From the NCBI RefSeq assembly GCF_006345805.1, contig NW_021836372.1, positions 1 through 24,466 on the forward strand: a DNA stretch of 24,466 nucleotides, given 5' to 3'. Positions 19,293 through 24,466 of this stretch are shown piece after piece. Made by a program: the position numbers and the translations under genes. The stretch's first letter is position 1. Each line of letters starts with the position of its first letter. A model generated the notes under the pieces. It saw only the letters and a list, made by a program, of their open reading frames with translations, ran no database searches and had not been told where the DNA came from. The DNA is from Octopus sinensis (lineage: Eukaryota).

Positions 19293-19712
19293 CTATTTCT
19301 TTACTACTCACAAGGGGCTACACACAGAGGGGACAAACAAGAACAGACAGACGGATTAAGTCGATTATATCAACCCCAGTGCGTAACTGGTACTTATTTA
19401 ATCGACCCCGAAAGGGATGAAAGGCAAAGTTGACCTCGGTGGAATTTGAACTCAGAACGTAGCGGCAGATGAAATACTTATTTCTTTACTACCCACATGG
19501 GGCTAAACGCAGAGAGGACAAACAAGAACAGACAGACGGATTAAGTCGATTACATCGATCCCAGTGCGTAACTGGTACTTATTTAATCGACCCCGAAAGG
19601 GATGAAAGGCAAAGTCGACCTCGGCGGAATTTGAACTCAGAGCGTAGCAACAGACGAAATACCAGTAGGCATTTCACCCGGCGTGCTAACGTTTCTGTCA
19701 CCTCACCGCCTT
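19293..19712 (-). mobile_element. Family B SINE dimer inserted in the Tc1 transposase
   Basis: Full unit 19478-19712 plus headless unit 19293-19477; junction gaaatac|ttatttc; short TSD GAAAC(C) at 19288-19293 and 19713-19718. Confidence 0.9.
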
Positions 19713-20481
19713 GAAACCATCGGACTACTATAGCAAAGATGGCAGCAGAACTACCCCCCTTGTATCAACCAAACTCTTTTGTTGTGGGCTCCATCGAGTT
19801 GGATAAATGTGAAGGATTACAATTGCTAAACTTCTGTCTGTCATCAGCATTGCCAGGCGAAAGAAAATGATGCCTGAACTATCAGAAATTGTCAATGACA
19901 GAATCGAACGATGTCCTCTATGATGAATCGTCATCCACCCTTTTCCCCCCATATAGTGTGAGACTATGTCTGGATACAGCCCAAAGAAACCTTTAACCCT
20001 ATCATGAAGCCACATCACAGAATTTTCGTGGCCCTTTAGTTGGTCTACTTGGCAGCATTAAAACAAAGGATTTTATGAGTATTTCAGCAGATCATGTCCG
20101 TCGTTTGCTGAAAAACATTACACCCTGACGATTGGATGATAGCACAATATTCCGGGTCTAAAATGAACCAACTCATACAACTAATGTTATTTGAAATTGG
20201 TATGGCGTGCACAAAGGACGAAGTCGATCTGCTTGATTGACCCTCCACAATCACTGGATCTCAATATAATCAAATATCTATGGTGCATTTTGGACCAGTA
20301 AGCAAGGCTTCACTTCCCTTGTACGTCGTCACCGAAGGAACTAAAACAAGTTTTACATAAAGGATACCGCAAAATTCCTTTAACAACCGTTCAGAACCTG
20401 CGCAAGTCGATTTCTCAACATATTAAAACTGTGACTGATGCGAAAGTTAAACCAAATCTTTATAAAATAATCTTTTCTGTG

Positions 20482-20600
20482 GTAGGCACAAGGCTTGAAG
20501 TAGTGAAGGAAGGGAGAAATCGATGATATCGACCTCAGTGCTAGACTGGTACTTATTTATCGACGGTGAAAGAATGTAAGCCGGGAGAAATGCCGCTTAT
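20482..20600 (-). mobile_element. Decayed B'-type SINE fragment
   Basis: 'ggcacaaggcttgaa...tcgatgatatcgacctcagtgctagactggtacttatttatcgac'. Confidence 0.6.
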
Positions 20601-20682
20601 TTAGGACGCCATATTAAGTAATAAAACTGCCATTTAACAAGCTTTCAGTGTTTTTGTCTAACCACTGCATGTGTGTATATAT

Positions 20683-20717
<35 letters not shown>

Positions 20718-20749
20718 GGGTATGAGTAAGTATCTCATTTATTTCTTTT

Positions 20750-20812
20750 GCCACATTTATCACTGACGAAGGGAGGGCTCTTATGAGCTACCCTGAAATC
20801 GTCCGATATGGT
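20750..20812 (+). ncRNA. Minimal type I hammerhead ribozyme (core intact, stem I/III slightly degenerate)
   Basis: gccacatttatca-CTGACGA-aggg ag ggctc ttat gagct a ccct-GAAA tcg TC|cgatatggt. Stem II aggg/ccct plus gctc/gagc; stem III is 1 bp with a 3-nt loop; stem I tatc/gata plus gcca/tggt, with an A-C mismatch at 2.1/1.1. Predicted site 20803/20804. Confidence 0.6.
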
Positions 20813-21239
20813 AATAATGGCATTTTTTAGAAATTCTGTAGACTTTCTTTCGAGTACGGGGGGCGTATTGTGAAAAAATTATATGGTTAATAGACCAATA
20901 TGTCCAATTTTTCGGCATATTTGGCATTAGAAATGTTTTCGTTTGCCTTATTTATGAATTTTATAAATTTAACCTTTAAAGGTATTTTTTAATATGCTGG
21001 CCATTGATGAATTTTTTTTCGAAAAAGATTTTATTCTACATTAGATATATATATATATAATGTTGGCAAACGAAATGGAAATAAGGATATATGTATTGTC
21101 CGTTTGATGGAAGACTTCTATAAATGGCTGAAGATTGCTCAACATTTAAAAACTCATGTAATACTTACAATGTTTAATAAAATGAAGTAGCATGAAATGA
21201 TTGTACCAAATTACCTAAGATATACTTCTTGCTTATTTT

Positions 21240-21534
21240 GAATATATATATATATATATGCATACATACGCTAGCATATATGTAGTGTGCATACATACAC
21301 ACTATTCAGACATCAACATACATGCGTATAGGCATTCAAGTATGCAAATATAGATGATGCTCTCATACACAAAAATATATGCATAGGCAACATGCACACA
21401 ACTGCACACATACAGATTGATATACACAAACATAACACAAAATACACGCATACAAACATGTTTATGTATAGACGTATATATGCACACGTACAGACATGAA
21501 CACTCACATACACAAATATACATACATACATACA

Positions 21535-21567
<33 letters not shown>

Positions 21568-21590
21568 TTATATATATGTATATATGTATG

Positions 21591-21635
<45 letters not shown>

Positions 21636-21655
21636 GTATATATATGTATGTATTG
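21240..21655. repeat. Compound (TA)n/(CA)n/(TACA)n microsatellite region
   Basis: Seen directly. Confidence 0.9.
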
Positions 21656-22017
21656 TTTTTTTTTTGCACTGATAATTTTTATCGTTTCGGACTAAATTCT
21701 TATTTAATTAGCATTCCATAATCCTCTGTTAATCCGTGGATTATTGATTTAATCCGCTCAGCTTGACTGTCTGGAATAAATGGAAGACAGCATTAGCAAA
21801 AATGATAATTGGAAAATTACACGGTGATTAAGAGATGGTCTGGAAGCAGAGCAGGGCACAGGTGATTTGTTTTTCTGGCGGCGGTAGTAGTGTTGGTGGT
21901 GATCATAATGGGCTTGGATGGCGGTAGTGTGGTAGTAGTGGTGAGCAAAGTTGAAGTGCACTGTAGGGGAAGCGGATGTTGTATTGTCTGTTGTGGGGTG
22001 TTTTGGCGGTAAAGTTC

Positions 22018-22018
22018 T

Positions 22019-22050
<32 letters not shown>

Positions 22051-22405
22051 TGTAGTAGTAGTAGTAGTTGTAGTAGTAGTAGTAGTTGTAGTAGTAGTTG
22101 TAGCAGCAGTAGCAGTAGCAGTAGTAGTAGTTGTAGTGGTAGCAGTAGTAGTAGTAGTATTAGCAGTAGTAGTAGTAGTAGTTGTAGTAGCAGTAGTAGT
22201 AGTAGTTGTAGTAGTGGTAGTAGTAGTAATAGTAGTAGTAATACTAGTAGTAGTAGTAGTAGTAGTAGTAGTAGCAGTAGCAGTAGTAGTATAAGTAGTA
22301 GCAGTATAAGTTGTAGCAGTATAAGTAGTAGCAGTATAAGTAGTGGCAGCAGCAGCAGCAGTCGTAGTAGTAGTAGTGGCGGCGGTGGTGGTAATTATTA
22401 TTATA
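22018..22405. repeat. (AGT)n/(AGC)n trinucleotide array
   Basis: Seen directly. The poly-Ser ORF is its translation. Confidence 0.95.
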
Positions 22406-22409
22406 TACG

Positions 22410-22600
22410 TTGATCAGTCCCAGCCGAATAGGCTTATTATCTAAAAGCGTTCCGACCGTGACCACCACAACTTTCCTTCTGATACTGTGTCCAATACAAC
22501 AATATCCAATGGATCGTTTCCCAGTAGTTTTAAAGACAGTGAGATGAATTTTGAGCGATATTTCGCTGCTTCTTCTAGCTGGTCGAGTGTCCATGTTGAG
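22410..22600 (-). mobile_element. Probable decayed retroposon 3' end
   Basis: Complex island between two trinucleotide arrays. The minus strand ('gctagaagaagcagcgaaatatcgctcaaa...tggtcacggtcggaacgcttt') resembles a common octopus repeat recalled from memory; unverified. Confidence 0.35.
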
Positions 22601-22609
22601 GCCTTTCTC

Positions 22610-23240
22610 AACCGTGGAGGTTGTTGGTGGGCGGGGGTTGCCTTTGTAGAATGTGATGGATGATAATGTGATGGTGGCGGTTGAGATTGGAGGGTGGTAG
22701 TGGGAGGATTGGAGAGTGTGGTAGTGGTGGTGATAAAGTGGTAAGAGCGAGGATGAAAATTTGTGTTGGTGGTGGTGGTGGTGGTGGTGGTGGTGATGGT
22801 GATGGTATAGGTAGCGTTGCTGTTGATGGTCGTGGTTTGTGGTGGCTGTAGAGGAGGCGGCGGCAGTGGTGGTGGTGGTCGTGGTGGTAGTGATGGTAGT
22901 GGTAGTGATGGTGGTGGTGGTAGTGGTGGAGGTGAAGGTGATGGTGATGTTGGTGGAGGTGATGGTATAGGTAGCGTTGCTGTTGATGGTCGTGGTTGTG
23001 GTTCGTGGTGGCGGTAGAGGCGGCGGCGGCGGGCGGTGCGGTGGCGGTGGTGGTGGTGGTAGTGATGGTGGTAGTGGTGGTAGTGGTGGTCATGGTGGTG
23101 GTGGTAGTGGTGGAGGTGAAGGCGATGGTAGTGTTGATGGAGGTGATGGTATGGATAGCGTTGCTGTTGATGGTCTTGGTCGTGGTTGTGGTTTGTGGTG
23201 GTGGCGGCGGCGGCGGTGGTGGTGGTGGTGGTGGTGGATT
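22610..23240. repeat. (GGT)n-rich array with a higher-order ~160-184-bp repeat
   Basis: The marker 'gatggtataggtagcgttgctgttgatggtc' recurs at 22801, 22961 and 23145 (third copy slightly variant). Confidence 0.9.
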
Positions 23241-23986
23241 TAGTTGTGGTTCCTTTTTTTTAGTGAGCTGCATTATTTTTTTTTTTCTTTTTATGGTTAT
23301 CTATATTATAATTATATCGAAAGAAGAAAAATTAATTTATAGTGGTGTAGGATGAATAGGGGAAGAGGTTGCAAGGTTCATCCGAAGGATTAGGGTCACA
23401 TGAGTTTAAGAAATGTGTGAACAAGTATATATGTGAACGAGTGTATATACAAACGAGGGTATGTTAGGGCGGTGGGGGGGGGGGGGGGTCTGACGAATCA
23501 ATCTATCCATCAATTTTTCTTTTTCTATCGACTTATTTTCTTAAGACACAATAGTTGGGAACCAGTAACGCCCTGGGGTTACTGCTCCACACTTGAATAC
23601 TATGTGCGTTGATAGAGCGGGGTTTTGCCCTCATCTGTCCTTCAAAGTGCCAGCAGCACTAAGAAGACCTGTCAATGACCTTTACTTCCTGCTTTAAGGA
23701 ATCTGTGGGACACATATATCATCCGATTATAGCGACTCCAGTTCTTGACACCAACTTTATCTTGTCAACGCCAGTAGGAGAAAAAGCAAAGTGGATAGCA
23801 GTAAAATTTGAACTTAACAGGTAAAGAGCTGGGAAAAAGACAAGGTGTGTTGTCCGACACACAAACGTATCGGACAAAATGTTTAACTCTACACTATCCA
23901 AAAACTGTTCCTGTTAAGTACGGCCTCCACCCTGCTCTAAGCTCTTTAAATTCGATAGCGGGACTAATTCAGTGCACACCATATAC

Positions 23987-24378
23987 CTATTTCTTTACTA
24001 CCCACAAGGGGCTAAACACAGAGAGGACAAACAAGGACAGACAAACGGATTAAGTCGATTATATCGACCCCAGTGCGTAACTGGTACTATTTAATCGACC
24101 CCGAAAGGGATGAAAGGCGGAATTTGAACTCAGAACGTAGCGGCAGACGAAATACCTATTTCTTTACTGCCCACAAGGGGCTACACACAGAGGGGACACA
24201 CAACGACAGACAAACGGTTTAAGTCGATTACATCGACCCTAGTGCGTAACTGGTACTTATTTAATCGACCCCGAAAGGATGAAGGCAAAGTCGACCTCGG
24301 CGGAATTTGAACTCAGAACGTAGCAGTAGACGAAATACTGCTAAACATTTCGCCCGGTGTGCTAACGTTTCTGCCAGC
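23987..24378 (-). mobile_element. Family B SINE dimer with 14-bp TSD
   Basis: Headless unit 23987-24155 (16-nt internal deletion) plus near-full unit 24156-24378; junction gaaatac|ctatttc; TSD gcacacCAtatacc (23974-23987) / gcacacTGtatacc (24377-24390). Confidence 0.9.
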
Positions 24379-24466
24379 ACACTGTATACCACTCGCAAAT
24401 TTCTTTCACCTGAGAGTATCTTGTATCTCTATAAGACCACCATTTTTCCTTGCATTCAATATCTGT

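Larger units (their letters stand above)
18843..20669 (+). mobile_element. Second, older Tc1-family element (decayed, interrupted by SINEs)
   Basis: TIR-like 'gggattggacaaatataatggaaacac' (18843-18869) matches the Tc1 at 12360. Fragments read ASVIKTIELFNVS, SGRKTKL..WDRRIVKRLVRR|NHRTTIAKMAAEL, DESSSTLF, YVWIQPKETFNP, PPQSLDLNIIKYLW, KIPLTTVQNL. A weak right-TIR remnant lies at 20648-20669. Confidence 0.8.

Noticed and set aside
21665-21740. Minus-strand GGATTA...TAGTCC-GAAACG as another hammerhead
   Set aside because: CUGA is absent and stem I does not pair.
21976-23355. Poly-Ser and Pro/Thr/His-rich ORFs resembling mucin or adhesive proteins
   Set aside because: Trinucleotide arrays are open in several frames on both strands, and there is no unique coding flank or splice evidence.
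23563-23584. Hairpin CAGTAAC...GTTACTG as a Helitron 3' end
   Set aside because: No downstream CTRR terminus and no matching 5' TC end or family evidence.

Overview
AT-rich eukaryotic genomic DNA made almost entirely of microsatellites and transposable-element debris. The SINE types and repeat density look like an octopus or other coleoid cephalopod; this is recognition from memory, not a search. No intact protein-coding gene is supported, and nearly all ORFs in the track are translations of (TA)n, (CA)n, (TACA)n, (GA)n, (AGT)n or (GGT)n tracts. Decayed TE coding relics: a hAT transposase split by a SINE insertion (~3.0-4.2 kb, minus), a CR1-type LINE 3' end (~5.2-5.5 kb), a complete but frameshifted Tc1 DD34E element with 28-bp TIRs (12360-13638), an L1/Tx1-type LINE 3' end with a CCHC finger (~13.66-14.35 kb), and an older Tc1 relative (~18.84-20.67 kb). 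There are about 20 tRNA-derived SINE copies or fragments from at least four families, plus a Helitron/Helentron-like MITE. Most notable: (1) two type I hammerhead ribozyme folds with intact catalytic cores (12006-12107 minus; 20750-20812 plus) and a core-deleted relic (~18010-18048); (2) one SINE family forms head-to-tail dimers and a trimer whose extra units always restart at the same nucleotide (GAAATAG|GTATTTC junction), with single TSDs around the whole multimer; (3) a 106-bp-arm foldback next to the first hammerhead.
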